From: Myxococcota bacterium
Lineage (GTDB): Bacteria > Myxococcota_A > UBA9160 > PR03
Direction: 5' to 3'
Assembly: GCA_041611735.1 (NCBI GenBank)
Contig: JBFIML010000037.1
Span: forward strand, 1 to 43,998
Length of the DNA stretch: 43,998 nucleotides
Positions within the stretch are counted from its first letter, which is position 1. Each line of letters starts with the position of its first letter. Both the position numbers and the translations under genes were made by a program. Below, one piece after another: positions 30,917-39,991 of this stretch. The notes under the pieces are model-generated. The model saw nothing but the letters and a program-made list of their open reading frames with translations. It did not search any database and had not been told where the DNA came from.

Positions 30917-32005
30917 TCAGCCCTGGGCGGGCGTCTGGAACAGGGGCACCAGGGCCGGCACCTGGCCGGCCGCCTGCCAGCCCGCCATGCCGGCGGTCCA
31001 CACCAGCGTCTGCGGACCCACGCGGCCCGCCGTCACGGCGCTGGCCAGCTGCGCCTCGCTCAGGGGGCCGAAGCTGCGGCCGTTCTGGGCCACGTGCCAC
31101 GCCACGCCGGGCGGCGGCGGGGGCGGCGCCGCCGCCGCCGTGGGCGCGCTCGGCCCGCCCAGCAGGGAGCCCGCCATGGCCACGCCCATGCCCACGCCGA
31201 CCCCGGCGCCGGCCAGCCCGCCCGCCGGATTCTCGGCCGCCACGGGGATGGCCCGGCCGAGCTGGTACTGCTGGAACTGGCCGAGGTCGCCCACCACGCG
31301 CGCGCCCGACGAGGCGTCCAGGGCCTTCTCGACCTCCTCGGGCACCGACACGTTCACGATCCACAGCTGCGGGATGTCGAGGCCGTATTCGTCGTCCACC
31401 CGCTCGAGCACCATGCGCCGCAGCTGCTCCGAGAGCTCCCGATAGTTGCCGGCCAGGTCCACCACCGAGATCTCGGAGTTCGCCACCAGGTCCGCGAAGG
31501 CGCTCTGGATGATGGAGCGCAACAGCACCCCGATCTCCTCGGCCTCGAAGCTCGAGTCGGTTCCCACCAGTTCCTGGAGCAGCGCCCGCGGCTCCTGGGC
31601 GCGCAGGGTATAGGTGCCGAACGCCCGCACCCGCAGCGGGCCGAAATCCGGGTCGCGCAGGATCACCGGGTTTGGTGTCCCCCACTTGAGCTCGGTGATC
31701 TGCCGCGTGCTGACGAAGTAGACCTCGGCCTTGAAGGGGCTGTCGAAGCCGTACAGCCAGCCCGCCACGGTGCTGAGCACCGGGAGGTTCTTGGTGACCA
31801 GACGATGCTGCCCCGGCCCGAAGACGTCCGCGATGCGGCCCTGGTGCACGAAGATCGCCGTCTGGCCCGGCCGCACGATGAGCTGCGCGCCGTGCTTGAT
31901 CTGGTTGTGGTAGCGCGGGAAGCGCCACACCAGGGTGTGACGGCTGTCGTCCACCCACTCGATGATGTCGATCAGCTCTGCACGGAGCTTGTCCACGAAT
32001 CCCAT
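30917..32005 (-). CDS. SPFH/Band-7 (YdjI-like) domain protein with C-terminal GYF_2/DUF4339-like domain
   Basis: From ATG 32005: ELIDIIEW, LVWRF, QLIVRPGQ, SPFKAEVYFV, KWGTPNP, VRAFGTY; Pro linker then WHVAQNGRSFGP...TLVWTAGMAGW. Confidence 0.9.
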   Translation of the reverse strand: MGFVDKLRAELIDIIEWVDDSRHTLVWRFPRYHNQIKHGAQLIVRPGQTAIFVHQGRIADVFGPGQHRLVTKNLPVLSTVAGWLYGFDSPFKAEVYFVSTRQITELKWGTPNPVILRDPDFGPLRVRAFGTYTLRAQEPRALLQELVGTDSSFEAEEIGVLLRSIIQSAFADLVANSEISVVDLAGNYRELSEQLRRMVLERVDDEYGLDIPQLWIVNVSVPEEVEKALDASSGARVVGDLGQFQQYQLGRAIPVAAENPAGGLAGAGVGVGMGVAMAGSLLGGPSAPTAAAAPPPPPPGVAWHVAQNGRSFGPLSEAQLASAVTAGRVGPQTLVWTAGMAGWQAAGQVPALVPLFQTPAQG

Positions 32006-32046
32006 GGTGCGTTCGTCCTCCCGCGGAGCGCCCGGGGGCGCTCCGC

Positions 32047-32937
32047 TCAGCGAAGCAGGCTGCGCAGGAGCTCCAGGATCGAGCTGCCCAGGTCGAAGCC
32101 GTCCTCGAGCCGGGCCCGGCGGCGGGCCTGGCGGGCGCGCTCCTCGGCGAGCATCCGCTCGGCGTTCAAGAAGGCCTCCACTTCCTGGGGCGAACGGGCG
32201 CCTCCCAGGCCGAGGCTGCCGCCGGCCGCCTTCTCTTCGAGGCCGCCGCGCCGCACGAACTCGGCGATGTGCTGGAGCTCGTCCGCGTCGAGCCAGGTCC
32301 CGTGCCGGCCGCACCAGTCCACGATGACCCCCGAGCTGCGGCCGAAGTTCTTGCGGTGCATGGGGTCCCGGCAGACCGGGCAGCGGCGGTAGGCGACGCT
32401 CGGGACCACCGGGCGCGGGCCCGCCGGCTCGCGCCGGGCGCCGAGGCCCGCCGAGGGAGGCGCGGCCTGCGACTCGAGGGCGCGCCGGATCAGCCCGTCG
32501 AACTGCTCCCCGGGAACCCAGAGGCCGTTGCACTTCGGACACTCGTGGACCCAGACGCCGGACAGCGCCTGGGGGGCCGTGGAAGCGCCACAGCACGGGC
32601 ACTCCGGGGCATCGCCGGGCTCCTCCACGGCCTGGGGGCGGAACTCCACGCCGCAGTGCGTGCAGAAGCCGGCCCGCTCCGGGTTGCGCGCGTAGCACTC
32701 CGGGCACAGCAGCCCGAGCCGGCCCGGGTCGCGCTCCACCGCCGAGCGGCACCAGGCGCACTGCTCCGCCTCGGAGGCCAGGGCTGCCCCGCACGAGGCA
32801 CAGCGCTGCACACGGGCGTCCCGGGGCGCCGGCAGCGCGTTGCGCAGCGTGGCCCCGCAGCGGCAGGGGAACTCCTCCGCGTGCACGTCGGAGACGTCGT
32901 ACTGGGTGTGACAGCTTGTGCAGGCGATCAGCCGCAC
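32047..32937 (-). CDS. Multi zinc-ribbon protein (double zinc ribbon plus two zf-TFIIB-like modules)
   Basis: About ten CxxC/CxC motifs; HECPKCNGLW and VDWCGRHGTWLDADEL are zf-TFIIB-like signatures; GAGGAGGG RBS. Confidence 0.85.
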   Translation of the reverse strand: MRLIACTSCHTQYDVSDVHAEEFPCRCGATLRNALPAPRDARVQRCASCGAALASEAEQCAWCRSAVERDPGRLGLLCPECYARNPERAGFCTHCGVEFRPQAVEEPGDAPECPCCGASTAPQALSGVWVHECPKCNGLWVPGEQFDGLIRRALESQAAPPSAGLGARREPAGPRPVVPSVAYRRCPVCRDPMHRKNFGRSSGVIVDWCGRHGTWLDADELQHIAEFVRRGGLEEKAAGGSLGLGGARSPQEVEAFLNAERMLAEERARQARRRARLEDGFDLGSSILELLRSLLR

Positions 32938-33020
32938 GCGCCCTCCTCGCCCCCCCGGGGCGGGGCGGCCGAGGTCAGGGAGTGGGATCGGCGGCGGATC
33001 GCAGGGGCTTTAGGCGCGCG

Positions 33021-34922
33021 TCACTCGTCGCGCGAGAGGTACGTGTACTCCCCCAGCCCCTGCTCGTAGCGTTTGAGCAGGCGCGCGGACTCGTCCAGGC
33101 TGATCTTGCCGGCCCGCAGCGCCTCCTCGATGGTGAGGCGCACCTTCTCGGTGAGCGCCCGGCGGTCGTACTGCACGTAGGCCAGGGCGTCGGTGACCCG
33201 ATCTCCGCCCACCACGTGCTCCACCGCCACCTTGCCGGCCTCGTCCAGGCGGACGTGCACGGCGTCCGTGTCGCCGAACAGATTGTGCAGGTCGCCGAGG
33301 ATCTCCTGGTAGGCGCCCACCAGGAAGACGCCGATGTAGTAGGGCGCGCCGTTCCAGGGGTGCAGCTCCAGCACCGACTTCACGTCGTGCTGGTCGATGA
33401 ACTGGTCGATCTTGCCGTCGCTGTCGCAGGTCAGGTCCGCGAAGATGCCGCGCCGGGTCGGCTTCTCCTTGAGGCGGTGGATCGGCATCACCGGAAAGAG
33501 CTGCTTCACCGCCCAGTGGTCCGGGAGCGACTGGAAGATCGAGAAGTTGCCGTAGTAGGTGTCGGCCAGCCCTTTCTCCAGGTCCTCCAGGTCCTCGGGC
33601 ACGTACTCCAGGTCCCGCGTCACGCGCAGGATCTTCTCGCAGCAGGCCCAGAACCAGCGCTCCACCCGGGCGCGATCGCGCAGGTCCAGGTAGCCGAGCG
33701 AGAACATGGTGGACGCCTCCTCCTTGAGCTGGAGGGCGTCGTGCCAGGCCTCCTGCACGTTCTTGCGCGAGACCGAGTTCCAGACCTCGGCCAGGTCCTG
33801 GAGGACCTTGGGATCCTCCTCGCCCACCGGGTCCGGGCGTTCGTCCCGGCGCACCTCGTTCACGCCCAGGACGTCGAACACCAGCACCGAGTGATGGGCG
33901 ACCATGGCCCGCCCGGACTCCGTCACGAGGTCCGGGTGCGGCACGCCGGCGTCGTCGCAGGCCTCCTGCAGGAAGGCCACCACGTCGTTGGCGTACTCCT
34001 GCACCGAATAGTTCATGGAGGAGTGGAAGTTGGTCTTGGAGCCGTCATAGTCCACGCCGAGGCCGCCGCCCACGTCCATGATGCCGGGGGTCGCGCCCAT
34101 CTGGTGCAGCCCCGCGAAGATGCGGCTCGCCTCGCGCAGGGCGTCCTTGTGGGCGCGAATGGCGGTGATCTGGGAGCCGATGTGGAAGTGGAGCAGCTCC
34201 AGGCAGTCGAGGAGATCGGCGCTCCGCAGTCGCTCCACCGCCTCCACCATCTCCATGGCCGAGAGCCCGAACTTGGAGCGGTCGCCGGTGGACTCCACCC
34301 ACTTGCCGGCGCCCCGGGTCGAGAGCCGGGCCCGCACGCCCAGATGGGGCCGGATGCCGAGCTCGCTGGCGGTCTTGATCACGAGATCGATCTCCCGGAA
34401 GGCGTCGATCACGATGATCGGCTTGCGGCCCAGGCGTTGGGCGAGCAGCGCCGTCTCCAGGTAGGCGCGGTCCTTGTAGCCGTTGCAGACGATGAGCGCG
34501 TCGGGAGTGTCCAGCAGGGCGAGGGCGATCAGCAGCTCGGGCTTGCTGCCGGCCTCGAGGCCGATCCCGTAGGGTGCCCCGAAGTGGACGATCTCCTCCA
34601 CCACGTGGCGCTGCTGGTTCACCTTGATCGGGTACACGCCCCGGTAGCGCCCCCGGTAGCCGTACTCCTGCATGGCGCTCTGGAAGCTCTGGCACAGGCC
34701 CTCGACCCGGCTGGCCAGGATGTCCGAGAAGCGGATCAGCAGCGGGGTGTGCAGTCCGCGCCGCTCCAGATCCCGGACCAGCTCGAGCAGGTCCACCCGG
34801 GGCCCCTTGGCGCCGCGCGGACGGACCTCCACGTGGCCCTGGTCGTTGACGCGGAACAGCCCTGCGCCCCAGTTGGGCACGTTGTACAGCTCGAGGCTGT
34901 CACGATGGGTCCAGCCGCGCAT
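33021..34922 (-). CDS. speA: Biosynthetic arginine decarboxylase
   Basis: YPIKVNQQ (PLP Lys), GLEAGSKPEL, CNGYKD, HFHIGSQI, DVGGGLGVDYDG, LTCDSDGKID, GAYQEILGDLHNLFG. Confidence 0.96.
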   Translation of the reverse strand: MRGWTHRDSLELYNVPNWGAGLFRVNDQGHVEVRPRGAKGPRVDLLELVRDLERRGLHTPLLIRFSDILASRVEGLCQSFQSAMQEYGYRGRYRGVYPIKVNQQRHVVEEIVHFGAPYGIGLEAGSKPELLIALALLDTPDALIVCNGYKDRAYLETALLAQRLGRKPIIVIDAFREIDLVIKTASELGIRPHLGVRARLSTRGAGKWVESTGDRSKFGLSAMEMVEAVERLRSADLLDCLELLHFHIGSQITAIRAHKDALREASRIFAGLHQMGATPGIMDVGGGLGVDYDGSKTNFHSSMNYSVQEYANDVVAFLQEACDDAGVPHPDLVTESGRAMVAHHSVLVFDVLGVNEVRRDERPDPVGEEDPKVLQDLAEVWNSVSRKNVQEAWHDALQLKEEASTMFSLGYLDLRDRARVERWFWACCEKILRVTRDLEYVPEDLEDLEKGLADTYYGNFSIFQSLPDHWAVKQLFPVMPIHRLKEKPTRRGIFADLTCDSDGKIDQFIDQHDVKSVLELHPWNGAPYYIGVFLVGAYQEILGDLHNLFGDTDAVHVRLDEAGKVAVEHVVGGDRVTDALAYVQYDRRALTEKVRLTIEEALRAGKISLDESARLLKRYEQGLGEYTYLSRDE

Positions 34923-35014
34923 GACGCGCCCCTCCGGACGGCGGATGACTCCCTCAGCAGACCTTATAGCGCTTTCGCTTCGGTCCGCTCAGCGATTTTC
35001 CCGAAGCGGGCCCC

Positions 35015-36292
35015 TCAGCCCTCGAGCGGCTCCTCGCGCTCCTCGCCGCTGCGGAGATCGCGCACCCGCAGCCGGCCGCGGGCGGCCTCCTCGGGTCCGA
35101 TCCAGAGCACGCGCCGGGCGCCGGCTCGGTCCGCGTCGGCCAGCACCCGGCGCAGGCGACCCGGTCCGAGCGCCAGCTCCACGGCGCGTCCGCGGCTGCG
35201 CAGGAGTGTGGCGAGCCGGATGGCCGCGGGACGCTCGGCGTCCGAGAAGGGAAAGACCACGTCGTCGAGCTGTCGCGGCAGCTCGGGCAGTCGACCCCGG
35301 TCGGCCAGCAGCTCCATCACCACCACGTCCCCGAAGCCGAAGCCCACCGCGGGCAGGGCGGGCCCGCCGAGCGCCTCCAGCAGGTGGTCGTAGCGGCCTC
35401 CGCCGCACAGGGCGCGCAGCTTGCCCTCCGCGTCGAAGGCCTCGAAGACGATCCCCGTGTAGTAGGCGAGCCCGCGCACCACCGAGGCGTCGAACTCGAC
35501 CCGTTCGGCCAGGCCGTAGGCTTCGAGCAGATCGAAGAGGCGCTGCAGCTCGCGCAGCGCCGGGGAGTCGTCGGGGGTGCCCCGGGCGGCCTCCGCGAGG
35601 GTCCGCACCGAGAGCCGCGCCAGCACCTCCTCCGCCTCGCCGCGGGCCAGGCCCACCGGGCCGGCCGCGTCGCAGAGCAGGTCGAGCACCGCCTGGGGGC
35701 CGATCTTCGCCAGCTTGTCGATTACCACGCACAGGGGCGCGAAGCGTTCGGGCCGCTCGCGCAGCACGCCCCGGCGCAGCGTCTCCTCGAGGAGTGCCCG
35801 GCTGTTCAGCCGCACGCGCGCCGCCCCGCCACCCAGGCCCACCGCGTCCAGCAGCCCGAAGAGGGCGGCCAGCAGCTCCGCCTCGGCGGTCACGTCGGCC
35901 TCGCCCCAGATGTCCAGGTTCCACTGGTAGTGCTCGCGCTTGCGCCCGCGCGTCGCCCGCTCGTAGCGCCAGTTCTGGGTGACGGCGAACCAGCGCAACG
36001 GCAGGCGCAGGGACCCGATCCGGGCCATGACGAGACGCGCGATGGAGGGCGTCATCTCCGGGCGCAGGGCCAGGCGCCGCCCGTGCATCTCGAAGTGGTA
36101 GAGCTGCTCGACGATCTCCTCCCCCGCCTTGCGGGTGAACAGCTCCTCGGACTCGACGATCGGCGCGTCCACCTCCTCGAAGCCGAAGCGTCGCGACACC
36201 TCCCGGAAGTGGGCGAAGAGCCAGGCCCGCAGGCGCAGGTCCTCCGGGTAGAAGTCGCGGGTGCCCCGCGGGCCCTGCGGGCGAGACGACAT
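35015..36292 (-). CDS. hisS: Histidine--tRNA ligase
   Basis: RGTRDF, LRPEMTPS, motif 2 WRYER..RGR.REHYQ, RGLAYYTG, GGGRYD, GFGFG and a C-terminal anticodon-binding domain. Confidence 0.95.
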   Translation of the reverse strand: MSSRPQGPRGTRDFYPEDLRLRAWLFAHFREVSRRFGFEEVDAPIVESEELFTRKAGEEIVEQLYHFEMHGRRLALRPEMTPSIARLVMARIGSLRLPLRWFAVTQNWRYERATRGRKREHYQWNLDIWGEADVTAEAELLAALFGLLDAVGLGGGAARVRLNSRALLEETLRRGVLRERPERFAPLCVVIDKLAKIGPQAVLDLLCDAAGPVGLARGEAEEVLARLSVRTLAEAARGTPDDSPALRELQRLFDLLEAYGLAERVEFDASVVRGLAYYTGIVFEAFDAEGKLRALCGGGRYDHLLEALGGPALPAVGFGFGDVVVMELLADRGRLPELPRQLDDVVFPFSDAERPAAIRLATLLRSRGRAVELALGPGRLRRVLADADRAGARRVLWIGPEEAARGRLRVRDLRSGEEREEPLEG

Positions 36293-36372
36293 GCGGGTTC
36301 CATTACCACAGCCGCGCGGTGCCGGCCGGCGTCGGGCCTGCTACACCATCGGGTCCTTCGGAGGGTGATCCC

Positions 36373-37686
36373 ATGCACCGACTCGTAATCCGCCCCAGGC
36401 TCCTCGCGCTGCTGCTGGCACTCGCGCCGCTGGCCTGCGGGCCCGGCGAGGAGACCCCGCCGTCCGCCGCGCCCTCGGCGGCCGGCGATCCCACCGGGAC
36501 CCCGGACACCCTCCCGAACGGGCTGCTGGTGGCCCTCGCCCAGTTCGAGATCTCTCCCGAGGGCAAGGTGCTTCCGAAGCCGAAGGCGGCGCGACTCGAG
36601 ATCCTGCGGCGGCAGGGCGGGGCCTGGCAGACCAGGGTCCTCGAAGACTCCGACAGCAACGTCTTCCACAAGGCGATGGTCTACCAGCCGCCGGGTCGCC
36701 CGTCGGGCATCCTGACCCTGGGCGGCAGCGCCGCCGCCCTCAAGCTCTGGCGGCCGGGCCCCGATGGCCTCGTCCCGGAGACGCTCTGGACCCGGGATTT
36801 CGGCGGACGCTTCTCCCGCATGCGCGACGCGGAGGCGGCGCCGCTCTACGGCGCCGGCGGCCGCGACCTGGCCGTGGCCACCCATGACCAGGGCGTCGTC
36901 GCCATCGTGCGCCCGCAGGACGGCGGCGGCTGGGAGGTGCGCGAGATCGACCTGGAGAAGGACACCTTCGTCCACGAGATCGAGATCGGCGACCTGGATG
37001 GTGACGGGGCGCTGGAGGTCTACGCCACGCCCAGCGAGCCGAACCGCCTGGACGGGACGCCGCAGCCGGGCAAGGTGGTGCGCTACGTCCCGGCACGCAA
37101 CGAGGGCCGCACGGTGGTGGCCGACCTGGGCAACCGCCACGCCAAGGAGATCCTGGTCGCCGACGTGGACGGGGACGGCCGTGACGAGCTGTACGTGGCG
37201 GTGGAGGCGGAGACCGAGGGCAGCGGGACCGACCTGCGCCTGGTGGCGCCGGTGGAGATCCGCCGTTACGAGGCGGATACGGATCCCGCCGAGGGACGGG
37301 TCATCGCCCGTCTGCAGGACCGGCTGTGCCGGTTCCTGACCGCCGGCGACCTGGACGGGGACGGGCGGCGCGAGATGGTGGCGGCGGCCTTCAAGAGCGG
37401 CATCTGGCTGCTGCGTCCGGGCTCGGACCCGAGCGCGCCCTGGAAGGTGGTCTCCATCGATCGCGATTCCTCGGGCTTCGAGCACGCGGCGCTGCTGGCG
37501 GACCTGGACAAGGACGGCATCGACGAGCTGTACGTGGCCAGCGACGACCAGGGCGAGATCCGGCGCTACGTGGAGCGCGACGGCCGCTTCGCCCGCACGG
37601 TGATCCACCGCCGCGAGCCGGCGGGCTCGGCCTTCACCTGGAACCTGATGCCCGTCCCCGTGGAGCTGCTCGCGGCGCAGCCCTGA
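36373..37686 (+). CDS. FG-GAP/VCBS repeat beta-propeller lipoprotein
   Basis: From ATG 36373: lipobox LAC; four DxDxDG Ca-binding-type repeats (DLDGDG, DVDGDG, DLDGDG, DLDKDG). Confidence 0.8.
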   Translation: MHRLVIRPRLLALLLALAPLACGPGEETPPSAAPSAAGDPTGTPDTLPNGLLVALAQFEISPEGKVLPKPKAARLEILRRQGGAWQTRVLEDSDSNVFHKAMVYQPPGRPSGILTLGGSAAALKLWRPGPDGLVPETLWTRDFGGRFSRMRDAEAAPLYGAGGRDLAVATHDQGVVAIVRPQDGGGWEVREIDLEKDTFVHEIEIGDLDGDGALEVYATPSEPNRLDGTPQPGKVVRYVPARNEGRTVVADLGNRHAKEILVADVDGDGRDELYVAVEAETEGSGTDLRLVAPVEIRRYEADTDPAEGRVIARLQDRLCRFLTAGDLDGDGRREMVAAAFKSGIWLLRPGSDPSAPWKVVSIDRDSSGFEHAALLADLDKDGIDELYVASDDQGEIRRYVERDGRFARTVIHRREPAGSAFTWNLMPVPVELLAAQP

Positions 37687-37720
37687 GGCGTCGGGGCTGA
37701 GCCGGCCGGGAGGGCTGCAC

Positions 37721-38151
37721 GGCCGGGCGGGAGGGCTCGCTTCCGGGCCTTGCGCTGGCGGCGGTGCGCGACGGGGCGGATGGCCCGGCCCCCGGGCGGC
37801 CGCGGCGACGCCGGCGGGAGCGACCGCGGGTGTCCCTCGGCGGGGCGTCGTCCCGGATCGTGGGTCGGTCGCGGGGGCGCGTCGGCCCTGCACCCGAGCC
37901 CTGCCGCCCGGCTGCGAGCGTCGGTAGCTACTCCGGCGGCAGCATGCGCCGGCATCCAAGGGTCGGGCGAGATGGGCTTGGGTGGAGCGCCGGCGTGCCC
38001 CCGCAAGCGAGTTCCAGCCGAGGGAACGTCGCGCCAGGGGACAACCCCGGCCACTCTCCACCGTCGCCGCGTTCGTCGCGCTGCGCGGGAGGGCTTCCCG
38101 TCGCGCGCCGGCAGCCGAGCCAGGCGCGGAAGCCAACCCATCCGCCCGGCC
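37721..38151. repeat. Long imperfect palindromic element, copy 1 (~431 nt)
   Basis: Ends GGCCGGGCGG / CCGCCCGGCC are complementary; 5' arm (~37721-37912) aligns to the reverse complement of the 3' arm (~37962-38151); directly repeated at 38166-38588. Confidence 0.9.
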
Positions 38152-38165
38152 CCGGTCTCCTCAAA

Positions 38166-38588
38166 GGGCCGAGCCGGCCGAGGGGGCTCGGCTTCCGGGC
38201 CTTGCGCTGGCGGTGGTGCGCGACGGGGCGGATGCCCGGCCCCCGGGCGGCCGCGGCGACGTCGGCGGGAGCGACCGCGGGTGTCCCTCGGCGGGGCGTC
38301 GTCCCGGATCGGGGGTCGGTCGCGGGGGCACGTCGGCCCTGCAGCGAGCCCCTCCCGCCCGGCTGCGACTGTCGCTTGCGGTGCTCGCCGTCATGGGACC
38401 GGGCGGCATGGGATCGGGTGGAGCGCCGGCGTGCCCCCGCAAGCGAGTTCCAGCCGAGGGAACGTCGCGCCAGGGGACAACCCCGGCCACTCTCCACCGT
38501 CGCCGCGTTCGTCGCGCTGCGCGGGAGGGCTTCCCGTCGCGCGCCGGCAGCTGAGCCAGGCGCGGAAGCCAACCCATCCGTTCGGCCC
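38166..38588. repeat. Long imperfect palindromic element, copy 2 (~423 nt)
   Basis: Block 38416-38580 matches 37980-38144 at 164/165 positions by manual comparison; block 38191-38368 closely matches 37739-37917; ends GGGCCGAGC / GTTCGGCCC pair. Confidence 0.9.
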
Positions 38589-38624
38589 GACGGTCTTGAA
38601 AGCCGAGCCGGGGGTGCGAGCGAC

Positions 38625-38963
38625 CTAGCCCGGCGGCCAGGAGAGGGGGCGGCCGCCGAGCAGGTGCAGGTGCAGGTGGAAGACGCTCTGGCCCGCGGCG
38701 GCCCCGTTGTTCACCACCACCCGGTAGTCGGTGAGCCCGAGCTGCGCCGCCACCCGGCCCGCCACCCGCAGCAGGTGGCCGAGCAGCTCCGTGTCCGTTT
38801 CTTCGGCCTCCGCCAGCCGCGCGATCGGCTTGCGCGGGATCACCAGCACGTGGGTGGGCGCCTGGGGGTTCAGGTCGTGGAAGGCGAGGGACCGGTCGTC
38901 TTCGTAGACGAGCTGGGCCGGCGCCTCGCCCCGGGCGATCTTGCCGAAGATCGTGTCGCCCAT
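38625..38963 (-). CDS. hinT: Histidine triad (HIT/HinT) nucleotide-binding protein
   Basis: From ATG 38963: [44 protein letters not shown]. Confidence 0.93.
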   Translation of the reverse strand: MGDTIFGKIARGEAPAQLVYEDDRSLAFHDLNPQAPTHVLVIPRKPIARLAEAEETDTELLGHLLRVAGRVAAQLGLTDYRVVVNNGAAAGQSVFHLHLHLLGGRPLSWPPG

Positions 38964-38968
38964 GCCGC

Positions 38969-39775
38969 TCAGCCTCCTTGCGCGGCGGGCCGGGAGGGCG
39001 CCGCCGCCATGCGCCGCATCGCGGCGTGGGCCACCTCGATGCACGCCTCCATGTTGCGATCCAGGTCGAGGGCCGAGGGCCCCGGCCAGGGCGTGCGGTC
39101 CGACACCACGCAGATGCAGCCGGCCCGCAGCCCGAACAGCCCCGCCAGCGTGAGGATCGCGCCGGCTTCCATCTCGCAGTTCAGGACCTGCGCACGCTGG
39201 AGGTCCCGGATGCGCTCCTCCAGGGCGCGCGTCCAGTAGCCGCCAAAGCTCATGGAGCGCAGCGAGCCGTCCGCTCCCAGCACGGCATTGCGCGCGTAGA
39301 AGGCGTCAAGCGACCAGGTGATGCCCGCGTGCCAGCGCAGGCCGCGCGCCTCGGCCGCCTCGGCCAGGGCGGTCACCAGGCGCCAGTCCGCCACCGCCGG
39401 GTACTCGGGGACCACGTAGCTGCGCGTGGTGCCATCGTCGCGCACCGCCCCGGTCGTGATCACCAGGTCCCCGAGCTCCACGTGGGGTGCCAGGCCCCCG
39501 CTGTTGCCGATGCGCAGGAAGGTGTGGGCGCCGAGCTTGGCCAGCTCCTCCAGCAGGATGGCTGTGCCCGGAGCGCCGATGCCGGTGGAGGCGGCGGACA
39601 CCGCGACTCCGTCACGCTCACCGGTGACGATGCGATACTCCCGCACCCGGCACACCTCCCGGACGTCCTTCCAGCCGGCGGCGATGCGCTCCACCCGGGC
39701 CGGGTCGCCGCACAGGAAGACGTGGGGAGCCACGTCGCCAGGGCGGCAGCCGGTGATGGGCTGGGCGTCGCTCAC
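38969..39775 (-). CDS. Nucleoside phosphorylase (uridine phosphorylase-like)
   Basis: From GTG 39775: [40 protein letters not shown]. Confidence 0.9.
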   Translation of the reverse strand: MSDAQPITGCRPGDVAPHVFLCGDPARVERIAAGWKDVREVCRVREYRIVTGERDGVAVSAASTGIGAPGTAILLEELAKLGAHTFLRIGNSGGLAPHVELGDLVITTGAVRDDGTTRSYVVPEYPAVADWRLVTALAEAAEARGLRWHAGITWSLDAFYARNAVLGADGSLRSMSFGGYWTRALEERIRDLQRAQVLNCEMEAGAILTLAGLFGLRAGCICVVSDRTPWPGPSALDLDRNMEACIEVAHAAMRRMAAAPSRPAAQGG

Positions 39776-39991
39776 GGACCCTCTCCCCTGCGGGAAACGC
39801 AGCGTGCCCGACCGGCAGAATGGGTGCAACCACGGGCGCCTGCGGGCCGGCGGGCTCAAGTTCCGGCCGTGACGCCCGACCGATGGGGGCCGGAGTGGCC
39901 GGGGCTCGGGTTGTCAGCCTCGGAGCCTCAAGCTAAGGATGGCGCCTTCGCGCCAAACGGGCGCGCATCCCCGTGGGGGGCAGAGGGGCTG

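Noticed and set aside
37696-38611. CRISPR array or self-cleaving ribozyme interpretation of the repeat
   Set aside because: Only two units, with 165-180-nt conserved blocks and homologous rather than unique spacers; no cas genes; I found no hammerhead CUGANGA/GAAA core by eye (a covariance search is still warranted).
37566-38628. ORFs across the tandem repeat, including a LPGLALAVVRDG peptide resembling a serine-hydrolase/beta-lactamase N-terminal motif
   Set aside because: Frames shift between the two copies because of indels, no SxxK or other family motifs follow, and composition is shadow-like; the region is better explained as non-coding.
39856-39885. Second sigma28-like motif (TCAAG...CCGAC/CCGAT) upstream of the topoisomerase gene
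   Set aside because: Spacing and -10 match do not fit simultaneously; too weak to call.
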